From Nitrosopumilus sp. (lineage in GTDB: Archaea; Thermoproteota; Nitrososphaeria; Nitrososphaerales; Nitrosopumilaceae), in assembly GCA_965223425.1 (NCBI GenBank), contig OZ245003.1, positions 672,001 to 736,000 of the forward strand: 64,000 nucleotides of DNA. Direction: 5' to 3'. The notes below the pieces were generated by a model, which searched no databases, had not been told where the DNA came from, and saw only the letters and a program-made list of their open reading frames with translations. Positions 39,986 through 50,259 of this stretch are shown here, one piece after another. The translations under genes were made by a program, and so were the position numbers. Numbering within the stretch: the first letter of the stretch is position 1; each line of letters starts with the position of its first letter.

Positions 39986-42900
39986 TTGCGACGACTGATA
40001 AAACCGCCATTGCTTGCAACAGCAGCAGCAGCAACAGCGCTTGTTCTTCTGATTCCACTTTGCATCCCCTTTGCGGAAGCCACGATAGATTCGCCTGTTC
40101 CAGTAGCCTCTATCACTGACGACCAGAGACATTCCACCGGCAAGATATTTGACGAGCTTCAATTTGCAAATGACATCACCACAGTAAAGATAGGCACCAG
40201 TACCTACGCCCTGGTCGCAGCAGATCGTGACGACGGCGTCCAGATAATCGACATTACCAATCCAGCAGACCCCTTCCCGACAGCCTCCTTTGGTGACGGG
40301 GACACCGTCACAGTCGACGGGGTAACTGGGACATTTCACGAGCTTGACGACGCACAGGACATCACCACAGTAACTATCGGCACCAGTATCTACGCCCTAG
40401 TCACAGCAAAATCTAACGGCGGCGTCCAGATAATAGACATTACAGATCCCGCAAACCCCTTCCCGACAGCCTCCTTTGGTGACGGGGATCGCGTCACAGT
40501 CGACGGGGTAACTGGGACATTTCACGAGCTTAGATCTGCACGAGGCATCACCACCGTAACTATCGACACCAGTACCTACGCCCTGGTCACAGCAACCACT
40601 GACCGTGGCGTCCAGATAGTCAACATTACAGATCCCGCAAACCCCTTCCCGACGGCCTCCTTTGATGAAGGGGACACCGTCACAGTCGACGGGGTAGTTA
40701 GGACATTTGACAATCTTCGCGAAGGATATGACATCACCACAGCAACTATCGGCGCCAGCACGTACGCCCTAGTCGCAGCATCCTATGTGCACGGCATCCA
40801 GATAATCGACATTACAGATCCCGCAAACCCCTTCCCGACAGCCTCCTTTAATGACGAGGAGCTCGTCACAGTCGACGGGGTAAATGGGACATTTGACAAG
40901 CTTAAAAGACCACGGGACATCACCACAGTAACTATCGACACCAGTATCTACGCTCTGGTCGCAGCATGGAGTGACAACGGCGTCCAGATAGTCAACATTA
41001 CAGATCCCGCAAACCCCTTCCCGACGGCCTCCTTTGGTGACGGGGACCGCGTCCCAGTAGGCAATGCAAACAGGACATATGACGAGCTTGACCGCCCACT
41101 TGGCATCACCACAGTAAAGATAGGCACCAGTATCTACGCCCTGGTCGCGTCAGAACGTGACGACGGCGTCCAGATAATCGACATTACAGATCCCGCAAAC
41201 CCCTTCCCGACCTCCTCCTTTGGTGACGGGGACCGCGTCCCAATCGCCGGTGCAACCAGGATATTTAACGAGCTTAACGGCGCACAGGACATCACCACAG
41301 TAACTATCGACAACAGCACGTACGCCCTGGTCGTGTCTCGCGATGACAGCGGCGTCCAGATAGTCGACATCTCGGCAAGTTCTGTTGCAGGCCAGACCAC
41401 GCCAGTAATCAAACTTTTCGGTGTGAACCCGCACCTGATGGAGCTTGGCGGCGCCAACTATACAGAGTCCGGGGCCACGTGTAATGATGCAGACGGCACC
41501 GACCTAACAAGCAATGTCACCATAAACAGCGGCAGTGTCAGCAGGTTTGCCGTGGGGGAGTACGACGTCACCTACGACTGTGCAGCAGATGACAGCGGCA
41601 GCGACAGCAGCAGGGCCGACACTGTGATCCGCAAAGTCGCAGTCCGCGACACCATAAAGCCCGCATTTGTAGTAGATGAGCACGACGCAGATTACACCAC
41701 CACCATAAACATGAGTGGCACGTACGTTGCAGGCACGATCCTAAACGTGACTGACCGCGACGAGACCACCGAGAGCATAGGGAGCGCCGACGCAGTAGAT
41801 ACAAACATTCCGGGAACCTACTACGTCACCTACACCGTCACTGATGCCTCTGGCAACTCGCGCACAATAACTGAGACCGTAATAATATTTGACACGAGGC
41901 CCCCCGTAATCGAGCTAAACGGCGACAACCCGCACTTTGTGGAGTGGGGCTCCGGATACGACGAGCCGGGCGCCGTATGCACTGACGGCGCAGGCGATGA
42001 CACGCTCTCGCCGGAAAATCTCGTGATAAACTTTACCGCGCCAGTTGACGCATCCGCCGTGGGCGACTACCAGGTCAACTACTACTGCACGGACCCAGAC
42101 AGCAACATTCACGCAGACCCCCCCGTGGTCCGCGTGGTTACAGTCCGCGATACGGTGTCGCCCGTAATTGTCGATGCCGCCCTGCTCGGGGCAGGCACCA
42201 TAGTCCTGACCTACAGCGAGCCAGTCGACGTGAAATCTGATGCGACTGACGGCTCCGGGTTCGGGCTGTCTGACGGAACAGTACATTTCAACTCGGATCC
42301 CGCAGGCGCCGCCAACAAGATAACGCTTGGCATCTCCGGGCGTAACGGCTCCACTGCCGATCCGCCTGACATCACGTATGATTCTGAATCCGGAGGAAGC
42401 GTGGAGGACACCAACGGGAACGCCGCGCACACGGGGACCTTTGATGGAACCATAGATATGGCGCCCCCCATACCAAAGTCTGCCCACACGTCCAACTCCA
42501 CTGCCATTCACATCGGGCTTTCAGAGGCAGTAGCTGACGCCGGTGTCGCTCCCGGCGACTTTGCGCTGTCTGTGGCCCCCGCGGCAGTAACGCCTGTTAA
42601 TGCCACTGTGCATGCAGGTGATGGTGATAATCTCCACGCTGCCCCGCATGTCACCTCCGTGTCAGTTGACGGCTCCCGCATCACGCTCCTCCTAAACGGC
42701 GCGCTGCACGGAAACCAGGACGTAAAGGTCTCATACCAAAAGGGCGGCTCCATCGGTACGGGCACCGGTTCAGGCGGCACCATAAACGACCTCTCAGGGG
42801 GCACCACGCTTGCCGGCTCTGTTCCGATCGGCCAGCAGGCAGACTTTCCAGTCGCCATGACCCTCTCCAAGGACGGCACAACAATCTTTGTGCTTGACTT

Positions 42901-45900
42901 TTTTAACAACCTGCACGCATACGGTTTGCCTGCCCCGTGGGACACATCCGGCGCATCCCACGCATACACCACCCCGCTGGCATCCCTGATACCTCCCATT
43001 CCAGTCAACAGCACCGTCACGGTGAACCCCGAAACTTACATGGCGGGCCTAACCTTCTCTGATGACGGCACCAGGCTGTTTGCCACAGACGCGCTGGACG
43101 GCTCTGTCATCCACGAGTTTGCGTTCTCCTCCCCGTGGAACGCCTCTGCTGAATCCTTTTCCTCGTACACTGCCCACTCTTTACCCCTGTCCGGCATCGG
43201 GCCCAACACGGATCTGCGCGGCATTGCCTTCTCGCCGGACGGTACCACCATGTACATCGCAAGTGACCGCAACGACCAGATACACGAGTTCTCCCTTACT
43301 GATGCGTGGAACGCCTCCTCTGCCTTCCTGACGCACAGCGTCTCTGCGCAGGGCCCCCGGGCAGACGCTGCAGATGTCACTGCAGGCATCGCCTTCTCTG
43401 CTGACGGCTCCCGCATGTTCGTGGCAGTGCCTGATAAAAACCTCATAAACGAGTTTGCGCTTTCAGAGGCCTGGAACATCTCAAGTGCCGCACACGCGGG
43501 ATCATTCAGCCCAGGGCCGTCCGTATTCAGCGTCCTCCCCCCCGGTTCCCTGTCCTTTGTTGACGTGGAACTGCCGTTTGAGCCCTCAGATGTGGCCTTC
43601 TCCGCTGACGGCACCAGCATGTTCGTGCTAGATGAGAGCGCAGGCGATGACTTTCCTGATTCGGTATCCGGCCTGACGCCCGCAGTAAAAGGGTACGCTC
43701 TGGCGCCCCCTGCCAAACCCTTTGATCCCGGGGCCCTCCCAAACCAGCTCGGGTCATTTGGGCTGCGTGAGGTCCAAAACACCCTGCCTGTGGCAAGGGC
43801 AGGCCCTGACGTCTTTGCATATACGAACACGGCAGTGTCCCTTGACGGCACCGGCTCGTATGACGCAAACGGCGACACCCTGGCATACCTGTGGGAGCAG
43901 ACTGGAGGCCCGGGGAACGTGGCACTGGATGATCACACCCTGCAAAAACCGGCGTTCATAGCACCTGCAGTGGCAGACTCGGGGCCCCCCATCGTCCTGG
44001 AGTTCACGCTGACGGTAAGTGACGAAACAGGCAACGCAGACCGTGACACGGTGGCAGTAACGGTGCTTGCAGGCGTGGGTACGCCTGCTATAGTGTCTGC
44101 CAGCGTGGTCAGTGCGACGCAGTTTGAAATAGTGTATAACAAGGCAGTACACGGAAACAGCACCGATTACACCAACCTTGTAATTGACGGCAGGGGGCAG
44201 ACAGTCGGTGTGGTGGCCGGCACCGGGACTGCAACTCACACCGTCTCATATTCCCCCTCTGATACAACGGCAACAACAACAGCAACAACAACGACTGATG
44301 CGACAGGCACCGTGGATATCGGCGATGGAATCACCGATGCCCACGTGCCTGACATCTCGCTGGTTCCAGTTGTCGGCCAAACGCTGTCTGACGGCGTTGC
44401 CCCTACGCTGGTCTCTGCCAGGACGGGTCCTGCCTCAAACCAGATAGACGTCACCTTCTCCGAGGCTGTCCGCAGCGGCGCCTCTGATGACTTTGTCGGC
44501 TGGAGTGTATCGCTGGGAGACAACAATGACAACTACAACACAGTCATTACAGTCACCGGCCTTGACGGTACCGGCAGCACTGCAACCCTGACGCTGCAAA
44601 AACCGGTCATGCCCAGTGACGCAACGCCTGACGTAACGTACGATGCCGCTGCGGGGAGCGTCTCAGATGCGGCAGGCAACGCGTTAGCTACTGCAACTGT
44701 CACCGCTACTGCGGGACATCCTGCAGGTCTTCACATCCACCTGATCGGCGATGCCTTCCTATACCACCCGTACGGGGAACCGTACACCGACAAGGGCGTC
44801 CTGTGCCATGACGCAGACGGAAACGACATAACTGACACCGGCGACTATGAAACCCTGCCGTACCTGCGGCAGCTAAACCAGACCGTAGATGGTGAGAGGC
44901 TAGGCGTAGATGTCAACCTTCATGAAAATACCGTTCTTAATTTTACCCACCAATCCCAAAACGAGTACCGCCCATTTGATCCGCAGGAGGTAATATACAG
45001 GTGTGTCACCCCGCTTGGATCCGTAGAGGAGGGCAGGACCGTAGCCCTGCGTGATGAAACCCCTCCTGAAATCCGACTAAACGGGTCCCGCAACGTGGAT
45101 CTGGAGATAGGCGAGATATTTAATGAGACTGCCACATGTACTGACGCTCCTCTCAAATCCCAGATGGAACGTCTAACCGGTGCCTTTTATCTGACTTTTA
45201 CCATCTCTTCCCTCCCTGACGGGTACCAAAACACCGCAGGAGAGCACACGATAAGCTACACATGTTCGGACTCTAAAGGCAACGACGCAGAAACCAGCAG
45301 AACGCTTCATGTAGGCACGCCTGACAACACGCCACCCGTGCTTGCAGTAAACCCCGGCATAGTGACCACCCTGGCAAACGGCACGCATGTCGTACGGCAG
45401 GATGTCGGCTTTGCAGCAGCAGATGACGGCGGCCTGCAGTCCGCAGTATCCTGCACGGACAACAGGGATGATACCCCTGCAATTACCCTTGATCCTGCCA
45501 CGGTGGACACCTCGTCTGCTGGCACCCACGCCGTAACGTACTCCTGCACGGATGCTGCCGGCAAACAAGCTGATACCGTCACAGTCACCTGGGATTTCGG
45601 TCCTGCAGCCCCCGTGCTTGCAGTAACGCCCGCAGACACCGCAGTCACGCTTGCAATCAACGCATCATACGGCATCCCCGCAGCATCCTGCACAGACCAC
45701 AAAGACGGCGACATCACCAACACCGGGATTCTAACTGCCATCTCGTCTGGAGGCCAGCCAGTCGACGAAATAGACACCTCCTCTGCAGGCACATACGATA
45801 TAACGTACTCCTGCTCAGACTCTACCGGCAACACAGTAGAGCACAACGTGACAGTCACAATCCGGGCTGCCACAACTGACAACACGCCGCCTACCATAGT

Positions 45901-48900
45901 GCTAAAGTCGCCGCCCCTGACACTGTTTGTTCCGGCCGGAGCCGCCTTTGCAGATGCCGATCCCGGCGCCTTCTGCATTGATGGCCAGGACGGACGCACA
46001 GACGAGGGAATCGACGTGGATGCCACCGCACTTGACACGGCCGTTCTTGGCAACCACACCGTGACGTACTCCTGCACGGATTCTGGCGGCCTCCGGTCTG
46101 ACACCATATCAAGGCCAGTCAGCGTGTACGGATTCACCGTAAACGGGAACATCGCCGACTTTGCAACTGACATCACCACCTCTGATGTCTACGAGCCATA
46201 CGCAATCCTAGACATTACGAATATCAAGAATGCGTCACCCAGCAAAAAGTATTACGATACAGACGGGCAAGACACCGCCCGCTTTAACGGAACAACGCTC
46301 CAGGCGGGAACCTGGAGCGTGACGTATGCCGTCTCTGGCCGCGACGACGTGTCAAATCCGATCAACTTTGAAATCGAGGAAACCATAACCGTGGCTACTG
46401 CGACTGCACCGCCGGATGACAACGTCACCCCGACTGCGATAATCAGAGCGCCTGACACCGCAGACGAGGGAGCAACAGTAACCCTTGACGGGACCGGCTC
46501 GACAGACACTGACGGCACCATATCATCATACGCATGGACCACCAACGACACGTCCATCACAATAACAAACCCCTCTCAGGCAACGGCATCATTTACGGCC
46601 CCCTCGGTCGAAAAAGACACTTCTCTGGTCATCACGCTGAAGGTAACTGACAACGACGACGGCACAGATTCTGCACAACACACCATGACCATAACCAACG
46701 TAAGCCGGCCACCGGGTGACACCACATCACCACCGGCCAACAACCCTCCTGTCATCTCGCATACGGTGGACACCGACCAAATCTCTACTACCAGAATCAC
46801 GCTGGATCGCAATACCGGATTTGAGCTTGATGAGCTGGGCGTAACATGCTCTGACCCGGACGGTGACACCGTCCAACTCACGCATGAGGCAAGTCCGGCG
46901 TATGATAAAGACACAGAAGGCAGGTACTCCATCTTCTACACTTGCACCGATTCACGCGACCTTTCTACACACTTCCAGGTTGTCCTGCACCTTTCTGCAC
47001 CTGACAACACGCCACCCACAATCTCACTTGTCGGCGACTCTGAGCATACAGTCGACAAGGGCGCTTCTTACGATGATCCCGGAGCCGAGTGCGCCGACTT
47101 GCGGGATGACTCCCCCGAACTGGTGACATCCGGCTCAGTTGACACCTCCGAACCGGACACCTACGAGATAGAGTACACGTGCAAGGACGCCGCAGGCAAC
47201 GAGTCAGATACTGTTACCCGGACAGTCACCGTATTGCCTGACACCACGCCTCCAACCTTTACGGTAAACGGTAACGCAACCGACTTTGCTACATCCCTGG
47301 CAGAAGGCCAGACCTACAGGAACGGCAAGATAGAAAACATCACCGAGACTGGTAGCCCTCCGACCAGCACGGAGATAAGGTATTACAGCGGCGCCGGCGA
47401 TGCTGCTGTCACCACTGACGAAAACAAGATCAACTCCATTAACAATACCATGCCTGCCATCGGAAGCTACACCATACAGTATACAGTCTCTGACTCGGCC
47501 GTTTCACCAAACACACACACAATCACAGAGACACTCACCGTGCGCGCACCTGCCACGGTAACCATAGGCGCAATCGTCTCGACTACCGGCTCCATCTCGT
47601 CACTTGGCATACCTGCAAATGACACCATACACCTGGCAGTAAATGACTTTAACAGGGAATACCTTGCGTCAAACGAGGCCGCATGGAGGCTTGCAGTGTC
47701 TGAGCATGATGATAGGTCTACTTCTGAGGGCGCAATTGCAGCACTGGAACTGCTTGCAGGCAGCAACATAACCTCCATTGTGGGGCCCCTCACAAGTGAT
47801 GCGCTGTCTGCAGTAAAGGGCCACGCCCTGTTTGACAATCCGTCAAGGCTTGCCATAAGCTACGCATCCACTGCGCCCACGGTGGATCTCAAACAGAAAG
47901 ACGACCGCGTCTTTAGGACCGTCCCTGATGATTCCAATATCGTCAGTGTATACGTCAGCCTCTTTGAGGCAGACTCTGTGGATTACGTGATTCCGGTGTT
48001 CCGCAACGACACGTGGGGGATAGCACTGAACCGGACCCTTGCAGATGAAATTGATGATCATAACAACAATAATAACAACAACAACGAAATAACCGTACAC
48101 GGCGGAATACTGTACGACCCTGACACTGTGTCACTTTCTGCCAACACAACGCTTGCCTTGCTAAATGACACGCTAAGTCAGGATTCCGTCAGTGAAAAGA
48201 CCCCCGCAGTGGTGGTGTTCGGATTTAACGAGACCCTTGACATACTCGACGAGGCTGCAGCCACTGCAAACCTGCCTGCAGCAAAGTGGTACGGCAGCGA
48301 CGCCGTGGCGCCATCAAAGCTGCTTGAGGGTGATGCCCCACGGGACGAGAATCGCAAGGCATTCCTTGAGCGCACCGACTATAACGTGCTCACCCTTGCA
48401 ATAGACCAAAACGAGGCAAACAAAAGGATAGACCGCTCCGTGGACAACGCTGACGTATACTCTTATGCGGCATACGATGCAGTATACATACTCGGCACTG
48501 CCATACACCTCAACGGCGGCTCTGCAGGTAATACAGTCAACGAGGGCCTGATTGGCAACATCACGCAAGTGGCAGACAACACAAACGGGCACTACACAGA
48601 CCCTGCCATGGGCAACACCGAGCTCAACGAGTACGGCGACCTGCTGCAGGCTGACTACTTTGTCCTCTCCCTTGATGCAGGCAGCGGGACCTCCTTTGAG
48701 CCAGAATTCAGGTATTATCACTCATCAGGCACCCTTGAGAGCCTTGTCTCCTCTGGTGGCGGTGGTGGCAGCAGCGGAGACGTCTCTGCCCCCTCAATCC
48801 GCACGGGCTTTGATGCGGGCCAGTACCCACTGGTATATGACGGGGTAAAGTACGGCCCTGACACGATTGACTCTCCCCACACTGCCACGATACGCGCAGG

Positions 48901-49699
48901 CAGCGGCGAGAGGCTTCTCAGCACCCTCACAGTATACGAGAACGGCGGGGCGCAAAACGTGCGGCACGTCGACATGTTTGTCGCACACAACGGCAGGACA
49001 ATACACAACGACGGCACGGAAACCCACGTGACCTACGATTCGGGCAACGTCCGGATAACTGATCCGCACGGCCTGATTGCCAGTGCCACCGTGGATGCGT
49101 CTGCCATTGATGCCACAAAGGCGCAGTTTGAGTTTGCCATAACCTTTGCCAAGAAGGTTCCGCTCTCTGACGTGCTGTACCGCCTGTGGGACACCAGCAG
49201 AAACGCGCTTTACATCCACCTTGAGGACGCCCTTGTGGTGTCTGAGGGAAGGAAAGGCGGCAGCAGCAGCGGAGGCGGCAGCAGCAGCGGTAGCAGCAGC
49301 AGCAGCGGAGGCGGAGGCGGCGGCGGCAGTAGCAGCAGCAGTACTGCCACCCCAGCCACTGGCAGCGGCAACGGCACAACCACAACCACAACCGCCACCG
49401 CTGGCAACGGCACCGCAGCTGACACTGCAGACAAGCAGCAACCACAACAACAACAACCCCGACAGGGCTTTACCGCAGAACAGCTTGACACCCTAAAGCA
49501 GTGGGGCGGATTTGCGTCCCAGTCCGCATCTGACTCGCAGCTTTTAGCCCAGTTCGGAATAGAGGGCACCAGCATCCCCCCATACTTTAAGCAGACAGCA
49601 AAGTGGTTCCTCGATGCAGATGACGGCGGTGACGGCCTGACTGCGCAGGAGTTTGTCGCAGCGCTGTCGTACCTCGGGCAGCGCGGGCTGCTAAACTAG
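39986..49699 (+). CDS. Giant modular cell-surface protein 1 (3237 aa): signal peptide, 7 LVIVD-like propeller repeats, DUF5011/Ig-like domains, second propeller, PKD domains, branched-chain amino acid SBP-like domain, low-complexity linker, thaumarchaeal-type C-terminal motif
   Basis: SD-like AGGAG at 39971 then TTG; hydrophobic signal; YALV...DGVQIIDITDPANP repeats; PPVIELNG/DAAGN motifs; FSxDGT repeats; IVGPLTS...ISYASTA...FRTVPDD; IPPYFKQTAKWF...FVAALSYL. Confidence 0.9.
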   Translation: MRRLIKPPLLATAAAATALVLLIPLCIPFAEATIDSPVPVASITDDQRHSTGKIFDELQFANDITTVKIGTSTYALVAADRDDGVQIIDITNPADPFPTASFGDGDTVTVDGVTGTFHELDDAQDITTVTIGTSIYALVTAKSNGGVQIIDITDPANPFPTASFGDGDRVTVDGVTGTFHELRSARGITTVTIDTSTYALVTATTDRGVQIVNITDPANPFPTASFDEGDTVTVDGVVRTFDNLREGYDITTATIGASTYALVAASYVHGIQIIDITDPANPFPTASFNDEELVTVDGVNGTFDKLKRPRDITTVTIDTSIYALVAAWSDNGVQIVNITDPANPFPTASFGDGDRVPVGNANRTYDELDRPLGITTVKIGTSIYALVASERDDGVQIIDITDPANPFPTSSFGDGDRVPIAGATRIFNELNGAQDITTVTIDNSTYALVVSRDDSGVQIVDISASSVAGQTTPVIKLFGVNPHLMELGGANYTESGATCNDADGTDLTSNVTINSGSVSRFAVGEYDVTYDCAADDSGSDSSRADTVIRKVAVRDTIKPAFVVDEHDADYTTTINMSGTYVAGTILNVTDRDETTESIGSADAVDTNIPGTYYVTYTVTDASGNSRTITETVIIFDTRPPVIELNGDNPHFVEWGSGYDEPGAVCTDGAGDDTLSPENLVINFTAPVDASAVGDYQVNYYCTDPDSNIHADPPVVRVVTVRDTVSPVIVDAALLGAGTIVLTYSEPVDVKSDATDGSGFGLSDGTVHFNSDPAGAANKITLGISGRNGSTADPPDITYDSESGGSVEDTNGNAAHTGTFDGTIDMAPPIPKSAHTSNSTAIHIGLSEAVADAGVAPGDFALSVAPAAVTPVNATVHAGDGDNLHAAPHVTSVSVDGSRITLLLNGALHGNQDVKVSYQKGGSIGTGTGSGGTINDLSGGTTLAGSVPIGQQADFPVAMTLSKDGTTIFVLDFFNNLHAYGLPAPWDTSGASHAYTTPLASLIPPIPVNSTVTVNPETYMAGLTFSDDGTRLFATDALDGSVIHEFAFSSPWNASAESFSSYTAHSLPLSGIGPNTDLRGIAFSPDGTTMYIASDRNDQIHEFSLTDAWNASSAFLTHSVSAQGPRADAADVTAGIAFSADGSRMFVAVPDKNLINEFALSEAWNISSAAHAGSFSPGPSVFSVLPPGSLSFVDVELPFEPSDVAFSADGTSMFVLDESAGDDFPDSVSGLTPAVKGYALAPPAKPFDPGALPNQLGSFGLREVQNTLPVARAGPDVFAYTNTAVSLDGTGSYDANGDTLAYLWEQTGGPGNVALDDHTLQKPAFIAPAVADSGPPIVLEFTLTVSDETGNADRDTVAVTVLAGVGTPAIVSASVVSATQFEIVYNKAVHGNSTDYTNLVIDGRGQTVGVVAGTGTATHTVSYSPSDTTATTTATTTTDATGTVDIGDGITDAHVPDISLVPVVGQTLSDGVAPTLVSARTGPASNQIDVTFSEAVRSGASDDFVGWSVSLGDNNDNYNTVITVTGLDGTGSTATLTLQKPVMPSDATPDVTYDAAAGSVSDAAGNALATATVTATAGHPAGLHIHLIGDAFLYHPYGEPYTDKGVLCHDADGNDITDTGDYETLPYLRQLNQTVDGERLGVDVNLHENTVLNFTHQSQNEYRPFDPQEVIYRCVTPLGSVEEGRTVALRDETPPEIRLNGSRNVDLEIGEIFNETATCTDAPLKSQMERLTGAFYLTFTISSLPDGYQNTAGEHTISYTCSDSKGNDAETSRTLHVGTPDNTPPVLAVNPGIVTTLANGTHVVRQDVGFAAADDGGLQSAVSCTDNRDDTPAITLDPATVDTSSAGTHAVTYSCTDAAGKQADTVTVTWDFGPAAPVLAVTPADTAVTLAINASYGIPAASCTDHKDGDITNTGILTAISSGGQPVDEIDTSSAGTYDITYSCSDSTGNTVEHNVTVTIRAATTDNTPPTIVLKSPPLTLFVPAGAAFADADPGAFCIDGQDGRTDEGIDVDATALDTAVLGNHTVTYSCTDSGGLRSDTISRPVSVYGFTVNGNIADFATDITTSDVYEPYAILDITNIKNASPSKKYYDTDGQDTARFNGTTLQAGTWSVTYAVSGRDDVSNPINFEIEETITVATATAPPDDNVTPTAIIRAPDTADEGATVTLDGTGSTDTDGTISSYAWTTNDTSITITNPSQATASFTAPSVEKDTSLVITLKVTDNDDGTDSAQHTMTITNVSRPPGDTTSPPANNPPVISHTVDTDQISTTRITLDRNTGFELDELGVTCSDPDGDTVQLTHEASPAYDKDTEGRYSIFYTCTDSRDLSTHFQVVLHLSAPDNTPPTISLVGDSEHTVDKGASYDDPGAECADLRDDSPELVTSGSVDTSEPDTYEIEYTCKDAAGNESDTVTRTVTVLPDTTPPTFTVNGNATDFATSLAEGQTYRNGKIENITETGSPPTSTEIRYYSGAGDAAVTTDENKINSINNTMPAIGSYTIQYTVSDSAVSPNTHTITETLTVRAPATVTIGAIVSTTGSISSLGIPANDTIHLAVNDFNREYLASNEAAWRLAVSEHDDRSTSEGAIAALELLAGSNITSIVGPLTSDALSAVKGHALFDNPSRLAISYASTAPTVDLKQKDDRVFRTVPDDSNIVSVYVSLFEADSVDYVIPVFRNDTWGIALNRTLADEIDDHNNNNNNNNEITVHGGILYDPDTVSLSANTTLALLNDTLSQDSVSEKTPAVVVFGFNETLDILDEAAATANLPAAKWYGSDAVAPSKLLEGDAPRDENRKAFLERTDYNVLTLAIDQNEANKRIDRSVDNADVYSYAAYDAVYILGTAIHLNGGSAGNTVNEGLIGNITQVADNTNGHYTDPAMGNTELNEYGDLLQADYFVLSLDAGSGTSFEPEFRYYHSSGTLESLVSSGGGGGSSGDVSAPSIRTGFDAGQYPLVYDGVKYGPDTIDSPHTATIRAGSGERLLSTLTVYENGGAQNVRHVDMFVAHNGRTIHNDGTETHVTYDSGNVRITDPHGLIASATVDASAIDATKAQFEFAITFAKKVPLSDVLYRLWDTSRNALYIHLEDALVVSEGRKGGSSSGGGSSSGSSSSSGGGGGGGSSSSSTATPATGSGNGTTTTTTATAGNGTAADTADKQQPQQQQPRQGFTAEQLDTLKQWGGFASQSASDSQLLAQFGIEGTSIPPYFKQTAKWFLDADDGGDGLTAQEFVAALSYLGQRGLLN
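40090..41375 (+). repeat. Seven 180-bp (60-aa) tandem repeats, LVIVD-like beta-propeller blades
   Basis: Recurrent ACATTACAGATCCCGCAAACCCCTTCCCGAC framework at 180-nt period. Confidence 0.92.
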
Positions 49700-49949
49700 G
49701 GACGCCAATAATAACGACACCATTCAATCAAAGACAGAACGGCCAGCTGCACGGCTAACTGCCAGGTGAGATTGGAGAATTTTCAACGTATCCGGATCCT
49801 GCAATTGCGGCCAGGGCTTGGTGTTATAGCTTTTGCAGTCGGTCATGACAGTATTGCTGTCTTCAATGTGCCTGGAGGCGATGACACATCTCAAATGAGA
49901 ATGATTCGGGAACCCTCTTGCCATATCCTGAATTTAATGCCAAAGAAAC

Positions 49950-50221
49950 AAGCCGTCCTCCCATCTGACACCGTAACCCACGAGCTGGTGCGGACATACA
50001 AGACAAGCGACGTGCGGGCTGACCAGTTCGGCTACACCTGGACGAAAAACTCGTACGGCATGTGGCACTACCTTGAGGGTCTTGTGCCCCACACCGGCAC
50101 TGCCTGCACTGACGTCAACAACAGGCTGTGCGACGCGTTTGCCGAAAAGATGGCAGGGCACACGGCGCTCATGGAGCAGCTGCGCGATGCGGAGTACGGC
50201 GACATATACCCGACGCAATAG
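49950..50221 (+). pseudogene. Possible orphan 3' fragment of another GC-rich surface-protein gene
   Basis: GC-rich coding-like tail (DQFGYTWTKNSYGMWHY...CTDVNNRLCDAF) joined to compositionally different DNA with no convincing start. Confidence 0.4.
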
Positions 50222-50259
50222 CCGTCCGGTGCTGCCGGCTCTGTGACGCAGTTTCTCAG

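Noticed and set aside
40090-41375. Diversity-generating retroelement target
   Set aside because: One codon is NNT throughout, but other variable codons change at all positions; no reverse transcriptase or template repeat in the window, so it is unsupported here
40576-49575. Many long antisense and alternative-frame ORFs over giant gene 1 (likewise 57142-63970 and over the IS elements)
   Set aside because: Shadow ORFs of GC-rich, biased coding DNA with no recognisable motifs
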